This document shows, in pieces, positions 10,143 through 19,246 of a DNA stretch of 64,000 nucleotides. The notes under the pieces are model-generated. The model saw nothing but the letters and a program-made list of their open reading frames with translations, had not been told where the DNA came from and searched no databases. The position numbers and the translations under genes are program-made. Positions within the stretch are counted from its first letter, which is position 1, and each line of letters begins with the position of its first letter. This stretch comes from Candidatus Latescibacterota bacterium (lineage in GTDB: Bacteria > Latescibacterota > UBA2968). Location: NCBI GenBank assembly GCA_038279365.1, contig JAYODI010000002.1:88484-152483 (forward strand). The letters run 5' to 3'.

Positions 10143-10787
10143 TCACTCGTTTCCATTTTTCAAAGGTGAAGTACCGTCGGCACCTTTCGTCACGCGAGGT
10201 ATGATCGTTACCTTTCCACCATGACACGACTCGCACGTTGCTGGTTTTCCATTTTTTAACTGCAATAGCCGATCCGTCAAATGATCCATCATCTGACGTG
10301 TGATCACATTGTTTTCTGTGGGAATGGTATGATCCAATCGCCCATCTCTGCCTCGTGCATGACAATAGTCACAAGAAGAAACGCCCAACCCACGTTGCAT
10401 TCCCTTCATCAAATTTACAATGTCGGTACGAGACATCCCCGACAAACGTGTTGGTTTGGCTTGTGAGGTATCACGTACCAAAAAACGGGCTTTCCCTTGG
10501 TGGCAAAAAGCACAATCTATAGGCTTGCCATCTTTTTGCACATACTTATCAACCATATGTTTTTTCATAAAAAGCGAAATGGTTTTCATTTCGGATGGGG
10601 CTTCAAAATCCCGTTTGCCATCTGCTTTTTTAGATGGATGACAATAGGCACATTCCACTCCCAATGCATTGGCAATGGCTTTCATACCTTCTTTGCTGGT
10701 ATCCAACACATGAGCCTTATCCCCATGTGCTTGAGCTGAAGATAAAAAAAATAAAAGCATAAAAAAAATCTTTCCTAAAGCAAACAT
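10143..10787 (-). CDS. Exported tetrahaem c-type cytochrome, photosynthetic reaction-centre cytochrome (PufC)-like repeat family
   Basis: Signal peptide (AQA); four CxxCH (CAYCH, CAFCH, CDYCH, CESCH); two M-x(6)-LGV-x(1,2)-CxYCH units. Confidence 0.8.
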   Translation of the reverse strand: MFALGKIFFMLLFFLSSAQAHGDKAHVLDTSKEGMKAIANALGVECAYCHPSKKADGKRDFEAPSEMKTISLFMKKHMVDKYVQKDGKPIDCAFCHQGKARFLVRDTSQAKPTRLSGMSRTDIVNLMKGMQRGLGVSSCDYCHARGRDGRLDHTIPTENNVITRQMMDHLTDRLLQLKNGKPATCESCHGGKVTIIPRVTKGADGTSPLKNGNE

Positions 10788-12121
10788 CGGCCATCCACCT
10801 CTCCTGGCAAATCAAGCCCTAAAATACCATATAAAGTTGGCAACACATCCACAACGGTTGCATCCTTACAAGATACGCCAGTTTGATTCATATACCACAT
10901 GGCATTGTCAAAAGTGTGCGTACCACTCACTGGGCTCGGTTCAAGCAACACCTGTTTTTCAAAGCCCCCTTTTAAATCATATCCCTCAGCGGGCTTGGCA
11001 ATCACATCGGGAGCACTGTCCATCACATCCCCACCAAAAACTTCTTCCCGCATAAACACCTGATCAATCACTTGCTCGCCCGTTTCTGGATCTCGAATAG
11101 CCAACAAACCGGCTGCCAAATCTTTTCGCACGGTTTCATATTCGGCCCCAGGTTGCACGCACCCATTATAATCTCGCCCACGCACCCGCACATAAAAACG
11201 CCCAGGTAACAAAGAGTAACATTTTGCCTGAGGGGCCAAATCGCGCAATTGGCGGGGTGTCGCATTTGCAAAAGACAACAACCCCACTTGGCGCAACCAA
11301 TAATTCAAGTGCACTTCTTTTTTTAAAGTGCAAAATCCGTGATCCGACAAAATCATAAGTGCCACGTCTTCGTCCAATCGGGCAATCAATTGGCCAAGCA
11401 TTTGATCAACACGCTGATAGAACCGGTGAAACCAATCCACAAATTTCGTTTGCCCTTTTTCGACTTCACCCCATAAAAAATGGTGTAAACGATCTGTGTC
11501 CATAAAATGCGTCACAAACAGATCCCACCGTTCTTGGGCAAAGTATTTGAACATCGCCTCACAACGCTTATCTAATGCGGTAAAAATTTCATCTAAAAAA
11601 GCATCTCTGTTTTCGCGGGCTTGCCAAGCATCAATATCAATCAAGTAGCCCATAGCAGCCAATTCGTTTGCAATGTGCAAAGGATACGTTGCACGCTTTA
11701 AATCGGGTGCCAAAAAACCAGAAATCAAAATACCGTTTACCGCCTTGGGTGGAAAAGTGGTGGGCACCCCCATTGAAAAAACACGCTTCCCCAACCCACT
11801 AAAGTGCTCAACCCACGTTTTAGATGCCAACTGACGCGATGTGGGAATAAACATCTCATAAGAACTGGGTACTCGGTCAACAAACCCAAAAATACGGTGC
11901 TTTCCCGGCAAACACCCCGTCACAATAGACGCCCAAGCCGTTGATGAAACCGTTGGCAATACCGAGTCCATTTTTAACAAAGAACCCGACGCCATCAACC
12001 CTTTCAAATTGGGCATATACCCTTCGTCCATTAAGCGAATGGCCAAACTATGAGGCATACCATCCAAGCCAATCACCACAGCCCGTTGTTTCCCTTTTTT
12101 TTGCTTACGAAACAAATGCAT
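10775..12121 (-). CDS. Alkaline phosphatase superfamily type I phosphodiesterase/nucleotide pyrophosphatase
   Basis: IGLDG, PTVSS.AW.S..TG..PG.H.IFGF, DRLHH, SDHGF, GTH; start moved out of the tRNA to ATG 12121 (12136 possible). Confidence 0.88.
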   Translation of the reverse strand: MHLFRKQKKGKQRAVVIGLDGMPHSLAIRLMDEGYMPNLKGLMASGSLLKMDSVLPTVSSTAWASIVTGCLPGKHRIFGFVDRVPSSYEMFIPTSRQLASKTWVEHFSGLGKRVFSMGVPTTFPPKAVNGILISGFLAPDLKRATYPLHIANELAAMGYLIDIDAWQARENRDAFLDEIFTALDKRCEAMFKYFAQERWDLFVTHFMDTDRLHHFLWGEVEKGQTKFVDWFHRFYQRVDQMLGQLIARLDEDVALMILSDHGFCTLKKEVHLNYWLRQVGLLSFANATPRQLRDLAPQAKCYSLLPGRFYVRVRGRDYNGCVQPGAEYETVRKDLAAGLLAIRDPETGEQVIDQVFMREEVFGGDVMDSAPDVIAKPAEGYDLKGGFEKQVLLEPSPVSGTHTFDNAMWYMNQTGVSCKDATVVDVLPTLYGILGLDLPGEVDGRCLL

Positions 12122-12155
12122 GTCATTAACGCCCATTTTGATGAAAGAGTTACAC

Positions 12156-12203
12156 AAAAAACAAAAGCCCTTGGCCTTAACGCAAAGCGTAAGAACCAAA
12201 GGC
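12156..12203 (-). terminator. Probable terminator downstream of the tRNA pair
   Basis: Minus strand imperfect hairpin gcctttggttcttacgc/gcgttaaggccaagggc followed by ttttgtttttt. Confidence 0.55.
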
Positions 12204-12216
12204 CAAAATATTATTA

Positions 12217-12294
12217 TGGGGTGGGTAAGGGGACTCGAACCCCCGACCCTCTGAACCACAATCAGATGCTCTAACCAACTGAGCTATACCCACC
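12217..12294 (-). tRNA. tRNA-His (GTG)
   Basis: Acceptor GTGGGTA/TACCCAC with G-1, C discriminator and encoded CCA; anticodon loop ttGTGgt; GGTTCGAGT T-loop. Confidence 0.96.
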
Positions 12295-12312
12295 ACAATT
12301 GAACTGTTTACG

Positions 12313-12386
<74 letters not shown>

Positions 12387-12403
12387 AATATCAGATGAGC
12401 CAA

Positions 12404-12432
12404 AATTTATGGCATTCGCCCAAAGCTGTCAA
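12404..12432 (-). promoter_or_regulatory. Sigma70-type promoter of tRNA-Arg/tRNA-His
   Basis: Minus strand TTGACA, 17 bp, TAAATT just upstream of tRNA-Arg. Confidence 0.7.
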
Positions 12433-12595
12433 GAAAAAAGGGGTTATACGCTCATGGGGCCAAAGATTTGCCTAAAAATACAAATTTGAGTGATCTACAG
12501 AACTCAACTAATGGTTTTTTTTCGACTTGACAACCAACAAAGGGATGGCGATATTAAAATTTGTTATCCACTCGCATTATTCACACAGAGGTTGT

Positions 12596-12862
12596 ATGGA
12601 ACTCGCATTAGGCGGCATCTCGGTCATATTATTGTTTGTTGTGATTGCTGGTAAATACATTGTGTCGGTGCGAATGCAACAATTGCGTCAACGTGTTATA
12701 GAAGTTGAAGTTGCCGCACGTAGTGCTCGGGGCAAACTCAAACAAATTGAAAACCAGTCTGGCATGGTTGGCCGAGAAGTCAAAACCAAACAGCGCAAAC
12801 GCCAATCACTCGAGAAGCAAATTGCGAAATATAAAAAAGAACTTGCCGAGTTAAGAGGGTAA
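12596..12862 (+). CDS. Small membrane-anchored coiled-coil protein
   Basis: RBS gagg then ATG 12596; N-terminal TM helix followed by basic heptad-rich helix. Confidence 0.7.
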   Translation: MELALGGISVILLFVVIAGKYIVSVRMQQLRQRVIEVEVAARSARGKLKQIENQSGMVGREVKTKQRKRQSLEKQIAKYKKELAELRG

Positions 12863-12927
12863 GTGACACAAGCATCATTTTCGGGTCGGTTATCTCATAA
12901 GCGATCCGTTTCAAACTCGGTTCCAAT

Positions 12928-13575
12928 ATGTCACGCAAACGCCTCTCTCAAATTGAACGTCGAACACAAATTGTCGATGTGGCCATGCACCTTTTTGCCA
13001 ACAAAGGATTCAAAGGCACCACAACCCGTGCCATTGCAACCGCTGCGGGTGTTTCAGAAGCCATTATTTTTAGACACTTTGAAACCAAAGAAGATCTTTA
13101 CAACGCCATTATTGCACATACTATAGATCTGCGTTCCCGCCTTTGGGAATCGCTGGATGCCAACATCCAAACAACCCAAGATCTTCCCACAGTCATGCGC
13201 GATTATGCCCAAAAGTTTATTCGCCTCAATCGCAATGATGCCACATTTATTCGTCTCATGATGTATAGTTCACTCGAAGATCATCAGTTTCGCACCAATT
13301 TTTTCGCCGCTGTTCGCTCTTCCCGACAAAGTGCCATTCGAAAAGCAATTGAAAACAGTATTAAAAAAGGTGAAATACGCCCCATAGACGCCGCGCTCAC
13401 CACCCGTTCTTTTTTTCATACCCTTCTCCAATACAGCATCGCTTCTTTTATTTCTTCATCCTCGCCCCCTCCCCCCGAAGCCGATCAACTGATGATTGAC
13501 AATCTCATCAATATTTTTCTCAATGGTCTCAGAACCGTTCCAGAACACACCCTCCAACCCCAAAACACACCTTAA
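12928..13575 (+). CDS. TetR/AcrR family transcriptional regulator
   Basis: LFANKGFKGTTTRAIA.AAGVSEAIIFRHFETKEDL HTH. Confidence 0.93.
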   Translation: MSRKRLSQIERRTQIVDVAMHLFANKGFKGTTTRAIATAAGVSEAIIFRHFETKEDLYNAIIAHTIDLRSRLWESLDANIQTTQDLPTVMRDYAQKFIRLNRNDATFIRLMMYSSLEDHQFRTNFFAAVRSSRQSAIRKAIENSIKKGEIRPIDAALTTRSFFHTLLQYSIASFISSSSPPPPEADQLMIDNLINIFLNGLRTVPEHTLQPQNTP

Positions 13576-13644
13576 GCTTTTGGTTTTTTTGCCGATACCT
13601 CTAAAGACCAAAGCATACAAACGACTCATTTTCGGCGACCTTTT

Positions 13645-14148
13645 ATGAATTTCACCGACAACACACGACGCTTCATTCAAATTATCGACAAAATACCGAT
13701 GTTTGAGGGGTTAAAACCTTATCAAGCGCTCGAAATATTAAAACTCTGTAAACCACGTGGTTTTTCAGACCGAGAAGTATTGTGCAAACAAGGCACTCGA
13801 AGCACAGAAATGTATATATTATTGTCGGGTAGTTTGCTTGTAACAGCCACAGACGGCATACTCCTCACCAAACTGGCTCCCATTACCATTGTTGGTGAAA
13901 TGGGCCTCATTACAGGTGAACCACGCTCAGCAAATGTCATTGCCGACCAAAAAGCAAGTGTGTTTGAAATTTCAAAAATTAAGTTTGATGTGCTGATGAA
14001 AAAGTCACCCGATATTGGATTTAGAATTTACCGCAACATCATCCACATCCTCTCCCAACGCCTTGGTAACAACAACAAGCAACTGGCCGAAAGCCAAAGA
14101 GCTTTGGCCAAAATGAAAGAACAAGTTGCCGCACTTCCCACTGTATAG
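13645..14148 (+). CDS. Stand-alone cyclic nucleotide-binding domain protein
   Basis: MYILLSG.L.V, phosphate-binding cassette VGEMGLITGEPRSA, C-terminal helix, no HTH. Confidence 0.88.
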   Translation: MNFTDNTRRFIQIIDKIPMFEGLKPYQALEILKLCKPRGFSDREVLCKQGTRSTEMYILLSGSLLVTATDGILLTKLAPITIVGEMGLITGEPRSANVIADQKASVFEISKIKFDVLMKKSPDIGFRIYRNIIHILSQRLGNNNKQLAESQRALAKMKEQVAALPTV

Positions 14149-14157
14149 CGGACCTCC

Positions 14158-15507
14158 ATGATAGACCTCCGATTCCTTGAAGAAGGCAAAGCCATTCGCG
14201 ATCCCATCTGGGGATATATCCATATACCACCAGATATGATGGCATTAGTCGACGCCGAAGAATTTCAGCGCCTACGCGACATCTCTCAATTGGGTCACGT
14301 GTTGCTGGTTTATCCTGGCGCACGCCACTCCCGCTTTGAACATTCTTTGGGCGTTTTTCACATTGCAGGTCAGTTCATCAAACAATTGCTCAAATCACCC
14401 ACACCACCCCAACTCACCCTTGAAGATGTGCGTGTATTGCTGGCCGCCAGTCTTTTACACGACATTGGTCATTATCCGTTTTCGCATCTGCTTGAAGAAA
14501 TGCAGATGTTTTTTATTGACCATGAAACACGTGGGCGACAAATCATTGAAGATGAAAAAACAGAAATTCATCAGGCCTTACGACAAGCAGGAATCAACCC
14601 ATTGCGTGTGGCCAATGTCATAGATTATCACCAACCCCAAATTCCCGACCAAGACCTCCGTTTGGCCCACATTCTCAGTGGCACCCTCGATCCAGACAAA
14701 ATCGATTACCTTTTGCGCGATGCCCGTTATTGTGGCGTGCCTTTTGGTGAAAGCGTTAACAGGGATCGCCTTCTAAGCTCCATCACCTATGACCCCTTAA
14801 GCCAACGACCTGCCATCACATACAAAGGGGTCTCCGCTGTCGAAGCCCTTATTTTTACCAATTACCTCATGTATCGCAATGTCTATTGGCACCATACCGT
14901 TCGATCAGCCAATGCCATGTTCAAACGAGGCATACAAGACTTGCTCAACCAAAAAAATTGCACCCTCAAAGAGATCGATTTTGACCGCGCCACAGAAGCC
15001 GACCTCATTCATCGCCTTGAAGATGAAATGACACATCATCAAATAGACCAACGAGAAAGCATGGTAGGTCGCATCAAACGCCGCAAGCTTCACAAAGTCG
15101 CACACATGTTCTTCCCACAAACCGGCCAAGACAGCCTCCAAGGTCTGTTTCGCCACTTGTATTATCACCCAGAAGAACGCCGTAAGCTCGAAACCCAATT
15201 ATGTAACCATATTTCCCAACACCTGCACCTTCCCCTACGAGAAGATGATATCCTCTTAGACATACCTCGTTTTGGGAAAAGCCCAGAGGTCGATCTCAAG
15301 GTTTTCTTTCAATCTCACGTCCCCATAGACAAAACAGAACCTCTCTCATTTGATGATCCCCAAGTATCACTCCTAAAAGACTATTTACTCGATAATTTTG
15401 AAGCCCAAGCCAAAGTTGTTCGCATATTCTGTAAAAACCAATTGGGGCTTCGAGAAGTCGTGAGTAAGCACGCCCCCAAATTCCTCAAAGCTTGGAAACT
15501 TAAATAA
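14158..15507 (+). CDS. HD-domain phosphohydrolase (SAMHD1-like dNTP triphosphohydrolase family)
   Basis: IRDPIWG, FQRLR.ISQLG..VYPGA.HSRFEHSLG, LHDIGHYPFSH, DPDKIDYLLRD, MYRNVYWH. Confidence 0.9.
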   Translation: MIDLRFLEEGKAIRDPIWGYIHIPPDMMALVDAEEFQRLRDISQLGHVLLVYPGARHSRFEHSLGVFHIAGQFIKQLLKSPTPPQLTLEDVRVLLAASLLHDIGHYPFSHLLEEMQMFFIDHETRGRQIIEDEKTEIHQALRQAGINPLRVANVIDYHQPQIPDQDLRLAHILSGTLDPDKIDYLLRDARYCGVPFGESVNRDRLLSSITYDPLSQRPAITYKGVSAVEALIFTNYLMYRNVYWHHTVRSANAMFKRGIQDLLNQKNCTLKEIDFDRATEADLIHRLEDEMTHHQIDQRESMVGRIKRRKLHKVAHMFFPQTGQDSLQGLFRHLYYHPEERRKLETQLCNHISQHLHLPLREDDILLDIPRFGKSPEVDLKVFFQSHVPIDKTEPLSFDDPQVSLLKDYLLDNFEAQAKVVRIFCKNQLGLREVVSKHAPKFLKAWKLK

Positions 15508-15537
15508 ATTGTACCCAACTCTTTTACGTACAATGGC

Positions 15538-15566
15538 TTGACATTGCCCATCAAACGTCTTAACAT
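15538..15566 (+). promoter_or_regulatory. Sigma70-type promoter of the M23 gene
   Basis: TTGACA, 17 bp, TAACAT. Confidence 0.6.
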
Positions 15567-15621
15567 TGGGGAAATTCGTTTCTAAGACATTTTCAACAAT
15601 TCACACCAAATCAAAGATTTT

Positions 15622-16560
15622 ATGAAAAAACATCTCACACTCATGGTCATTCCTCACAATGAAAACCACGTGAAAGAGTTTCATCTTTCACGACCCGTTT
15701 TGTGGGGAACTTTTAGTGGCCTAACCCTCTTTGTCGCTGCATTTCTTTTTTATACCACGGGCTACTATATTTCTCAAAACAAAGAAACGCAGTTGCTTTC
15801 TCTTCAAACCGAAAATACCGAAATGAAGCACCAGTTTGCCCTTATGCAAGAGCGCTTAGAAAACTTTAGACACCAGGTGGACCAACTAACCGATCAAGAC
15901 CGCATGATGAGAGCATGGGTTGATTTGTCTGAACCTGGAGAAGAAATTCGTAAAATGGGCGTTGGTGGTGGTGACGAAGGAGAGCCCGAATGGGTTGGAA
16001 ACGTATCTGCGGAAGTCAGTCAAACATTTACAGAAACATATACCAGCCTGGATCAACTCACCCGCGAAGCCCAATTTCTTGACGCCAGTTTTGACACCAT
16101 CTTATCCAAGCTCAAACAAGACGACCATTTTCGCAGACATTTGCCCTCTATCAGCCCCGTACAAGGAAAATGGTATCGGTCATCGGGTTTTGGCACCCGA
16201 AAAGATCCCTTTACGGGTCGGCAACAATTTCATAATGGCGTAGACTTGGCTGGCTGGCCTGGCACGCCCATAGTTACCACCGCTGATGGGGTCGTAGAAA
16301 AAGTCGCTTCCGATAGGCGATTGGGTTATTATATAAAAATTGACCATGGCAATGGTCTCCAAACCCTTTACGGTCACCTGCGCAGCAAACCCACACTAAA
16401 ACCGGGCACCAAAGTAAAACGCGGAGACAAAATTGGAGAAATGGGTGACACAGGCAGAGCCACAGCAACCCATGTGCATTATACCGTTATTCGAAACGGC
16501 AGAGCACTTCAACCCCTTGACTATATCTTTGATGATAAAAACCGCACTTCTGTGTTTTAA
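15622..16560 (+). CDS. M23 family metallopeptidase with TM anchor and coiled coil
   Basis: SSGFG.R.DPFTG, HNGVD, YGHL, HVHY. Confidence 0.92.
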   Translation: MKKHLTLMVIPHNENHVKEFHLSRPVLWGTFSGLTLFVAAFLFYTTGYYISQNKETQLLSLQTENTEMKHQFALMQERLENFRHQVDQLTDQDRMMRAWVDLSEPGEEIRKMGVGGGDEGEPEWVGNVSAEVSQTFTETYTSLDQLTREAQFLDASFDTILSKLKQDDHFRRHLPSISPVQGKWYRSSGFGTRKDPFTGRQQFHNGVDLAGWPGTPIVTTADGVVEKVASDRRLGYYIKIDHGNGLQTLYGHLRSKPTLKPGTKVKRGDKIGEMGDTGRATATHVHYTVIRNGRALQPLDYIFDDKNRTSVF

Positions 16561-16575
16561 TTCGATATGCATTGT

Positions 16576-16618
16576 ATAAAAAAGGACGGAGAACCCAGTG
16601 TTCTCCGTCCTTTTTTAT
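16576..16618. terminator. Bidirectional intrinsic terminator
   Basis: aaaaaa-ggacggagaac-ccagt-gttctccgtcc-tttttt. Confidence 0.9.
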
Positions 16619-16643
16619 TTGAATTCCAGATCAATTTCAAGGC

Positions 16644-17711
16644 TTATTTTCTTGTTCTTACAAACAACACCACTCCCACACAGGCAAACAATATGTTTGC
16701 TCCCCAAGCTCCCAGCCACGGATCAACAACGCCATTCCACCCCATCACGCGCCCAGCCTGAATACAACTGTAAAATGCAAAACAAGTAAAAAGACACACC
16801 CCAACCTGCAATGGTCTCCCCGATCTTCTCATGCGAGAAGCCAATGGCAAGCCAAAAAGTGCAATGACAAAATTTGAAAAAGGAAACGCCAAACGCATGT
16901 GTTGTGCAACCCGCTCTCGCAATGCAAGCCCCCCATTGCGTTCTTTGCGACTGATAAATACCGATAATTCGTCATAGGTCATATGTTCTTCTGGGCGATA
17001 ATCGCGTGTAAAATCTTCTGGAACCAATGTAATAAAAGGCAAGCGACGTTCTACAAAGGTGTGAAATACTTCACCTTCTGGCAAAAAGACCCTTCTATCG
17101 CCATTTAAAAACACCCATTGCCCCTCTTCCCAAACCACTTCTTCAGCCCGAATACGCTCTTCCAAACCCTTTCCATAACGATCCAACAAAACCCCCATCC
17201 CACGGCTGTCGCGAGCAACAAATTCTCGCATCGCAAAAACCCATCCACCCTCATCGCGCAACACCAATTCTCGCCGCAAACCACGTGGCCCAATAAATGA
17301 ACGCCTGGGTTGCTCAATATCTGCACGTCGTTCGGTTGCTCGCGGTACTATTTGATCGGCCCAAACAACAGCAAAAACACTTATCCCAAACGCAAACACT
17401 TGAAGCGGCAACACCACCTGATACAAGCTTTTCCCCATGGCCTTCATGGCCAACAGTTCACCATTGCGAATCAGGCTCCCCATACAAAACAAACCCGCCA
17501 ACAACATGGCCATAGGCAAAACAAAAACAATGATATAAGGAAAATAATACACGTAATACATCACAATCACCCCCACCCCCACATCACGATCTAAAAAAGC
17601 ACTGATATGCTCAACCAAATCGATCACCACAAATACAGCCACAAACGCTGCCAAGCTCAAAAGCAACGAACCACCAAATCGTCTCAAGATATATTTGCTC
17701 AAAATTTTCAT
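16644..17711 (-). CDS. lptG: LPS export ABC transporter permease LptG
   Basis: LptF/G topology, GELLAMKAMGKS motif, second of an overlapping pair. Confidence 0.85.
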   Translation of the reverse strand: MKILSKYILRRFGGSLLLSLAAFVAVFVVIDLVEHISAFLDRDVGVGVIVMYYVYYFPYIIVFVLPMAMLLAGLFCMGSLIRNGELLAMKAMGKSLYQVVLPLQVFAFGISVFAVVWADQIVPRATERRADIEQPRRSFIGPRGLRRELVLRDEGGWVFAMREFVARDSRGMGVLLDRYGKGLEERIRAEEVVWEEGQWVFLNGDRRVFLPEGEVFHTFVERRLPFITLVPEDFTRDYRPEEHMTYDELSVFISRKERNGGLALRERVAQHMRLAFPFSNFVIALFGLPLASRMRRSGRPLQVGVCLFTCFAFYSCIQAGRVMGWNGVVDPWLGAWGANILFACVGVVLFVRTRK

Positions 17712-18994
17712 GTGCGTTTGCCTTTGCGCAAATGTAGCTCAAAAACCACGCGCATAGTCATCCAAGCCCCCACAATCACAGTAACCATATTAGGCGCCCA
17801 CATAGCCATCCAAGGCGCAACAACGCCACGATCTGCTAACTTTTCACCCGCTATCAAAAAAACCCACCACATAAGAAAAAAACCAATACTCAAGCTTGCA
17901 CCTATAGCAGGGCTTCTCCCCCGCACCCGAATGCCCAATGGCACCCCCACCAAAACAAATGCAACACAAGCCGCAGGAATCGAAAATTTCTTATGCACTT
18001 CTACTCGCAATCGATTGGCTTCTTGAGCCTTATGCATCATGATCCGCTGATTGGCCTGCAGTCTGCCAATCAGTGCGCGAACCTGAGCCAAACCCACTTC
18101 TGATATCTTTTCACTAAGCAATAACTGTTCAAACAATTCGGTTGTTTGAACAGACAATGCCCCCCAACTCTCAACGATCTCATGTTCATTGGTTGCAATT
18201 CGTTCTTGCATCATGGAAATGCCCATTTCCCGGTCGTTTCGATATGTCGATGAAGACCGCGACAATTGTTTGCCCGCATCACCAAGTTGTAATTGCGCCC
18301 ATTCAAATTGGGTTTTGGTTTCAACCTCAGGATCTTTTTCGTCATAACGAAAAGAAGCTCCTCCCAACAGATTGAGAAAAGCTTGATCTTGGCTCACATC
18401 AAAACGCACCTGCCCCGAATCGGCCGTAATCGTTACCGGATAGGATGCACCTTCAAAATGATAAACACGCACATTTTCCATCATGCGCCCTTTTTTATCT
18501 ACTCGATCGAACAAAATGCGATATTCAGGGAAATCATCAACCACAATACCCGCCATATCTGCAAAGGCAACCGATGGTCGTTTGCGTGTAATGTCCATAA
18601 TCAAAAGCCGCGCTCTATGATTGGCTTCTGGAAGAATTTGGTCGTTAAACCACAACATAAAAAGAGCCAAAATTGCCCCAGCAATCAAAACGGGGCGAAC
18701 AACCTGAAAAAGACTCACCCCCAATGCCCGCATCGCCGTTATTTCACCATCAGCACCCAAACGCCCAAACGCCATCAGTGTACTCACCAACACCGCCATA
18801 GGTGCCGCAAGGGCCACCATCCAAGCCAAATTGAGAAAAAACAGCTCCAAAACAACACCAACAGGAATGCCTTTTCCCAAAATGCGATCCAATGTGATCA
18901 AGATCATATCCACAACCAACAAAAATATAATGACCACAAAGGCAAATAAAAATGGGGCAATGTGTTCGCGAATTACATAACGCGACAGAATCAT
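17708..18994 (-). CDS. lptF: LPS export ABC transporter permease LptF
   Basis: MILSRYV.RE, GRL.ADGEITAMRALGVS, VEVHKKFSIP. Confidence 0.87.
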   Translation of the reverse strand: MILSRYVIREHIAPFLFAFVVIIFLLVVDMILITLDRILGKGIPVGVVLELFFLNLAWMVALAAPMAVLVSTLMAFGRLGADGEITAMRALGVSLFQVVRPVLIAGAILALFMLWFNDQILPEANHRARLLIMDITRKRPSVAFADMAGIVVDDFPEYRILFDRVDKKGRMMENVRVYHFEGASYPVTITADSGQVRFDVSQDQAFLNLLGGASFRYDEKDPEVETKTQFEWAQLQLGDAGKQLSRSSSTYRNDREMGISMMQERIATNEHEIVESWGALSVQTTELFEQLLLSEKISEVGLAQVRALIGRLQANQRIMMHKAQEANRLRVEVHKKFSIPAACVAFVLVGVPLGIRVRGRSPAIGASLSIGFFLMWWVFLIAGEKLADRGVVAPWMAMWAPNMVTVIVGAWMTMRVVFELHLRKGKRT

Positions 18995-19111
18995 GCGGAA
19001 CCTTTTATTTTGAAAAAAGTTAAAAAGAAGCCTGCCAACCTTAGCGAATATACATCTTTTACCGTACCCAAAAAAGCCCTTTATACAAACCGCAAACCAT
19101 CAGGATTTCAC

Positions 19112-19140
19112 TTGATCTTTATTCCGGCTTATGGTATTAT
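19112..19140 (+). promoter_or_regulatory. Putative sigma70 promoter for sprA
   Basis: TTGATC, 17 bp, TATTAT with TG extended -10. Confidence 0.5.
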
Positions 19141-19246
19141 TACCGCTCAGCTTATTCTCTCCTCAACTAATTGTTCAATCGCAACTTATATCATTTCCAA
19201 TACCCAACCCTGCACATTCACTGCACCCAACGCTTAAGACAATTTC

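Noticed and set aside
10143..10787. Evidence of phototrophy from the PufC-like cytochrome
   Set aside because: No pufLM, bch or crt genes in the window; such homologs occur in non-phototrophs.
10143..12217. Genomic island integrated at the tRNA-His 3' end
   Set aside because: No integrase, no duplicated tRNA 3' end noticed, and flanking genes look native.
12122..12259. ORF-track N-terminal extension of the phosphodiesterase
   Set aside because: It runs through tRNA-His and its terminator; the family domain begins near ATG 12121.
12387..12595. Possible oriC (AT-rich, DnaA-like boxes, near tRNAs)
   Set aside because: Only two boxes, no dnaA/dnaN/gidA/parAB context, and by eye the + strand stays C/A-rich on both sides (not computed).
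12863..13126. 87 aa ORF overlapping the TetR start
   Set aside because: Out-of-frame overlap with a confident TetR gene and no domain features.
18293..18949. Long antisense or alternate-frame ORFs (this 218 aa one, also 5479-5994, 43326-43868, 58107-58772, 59117-59599)
   Set aside because: Fully nested in well-supported genes, with no recognisable motifs or RBS; treated as shadow ORFs.
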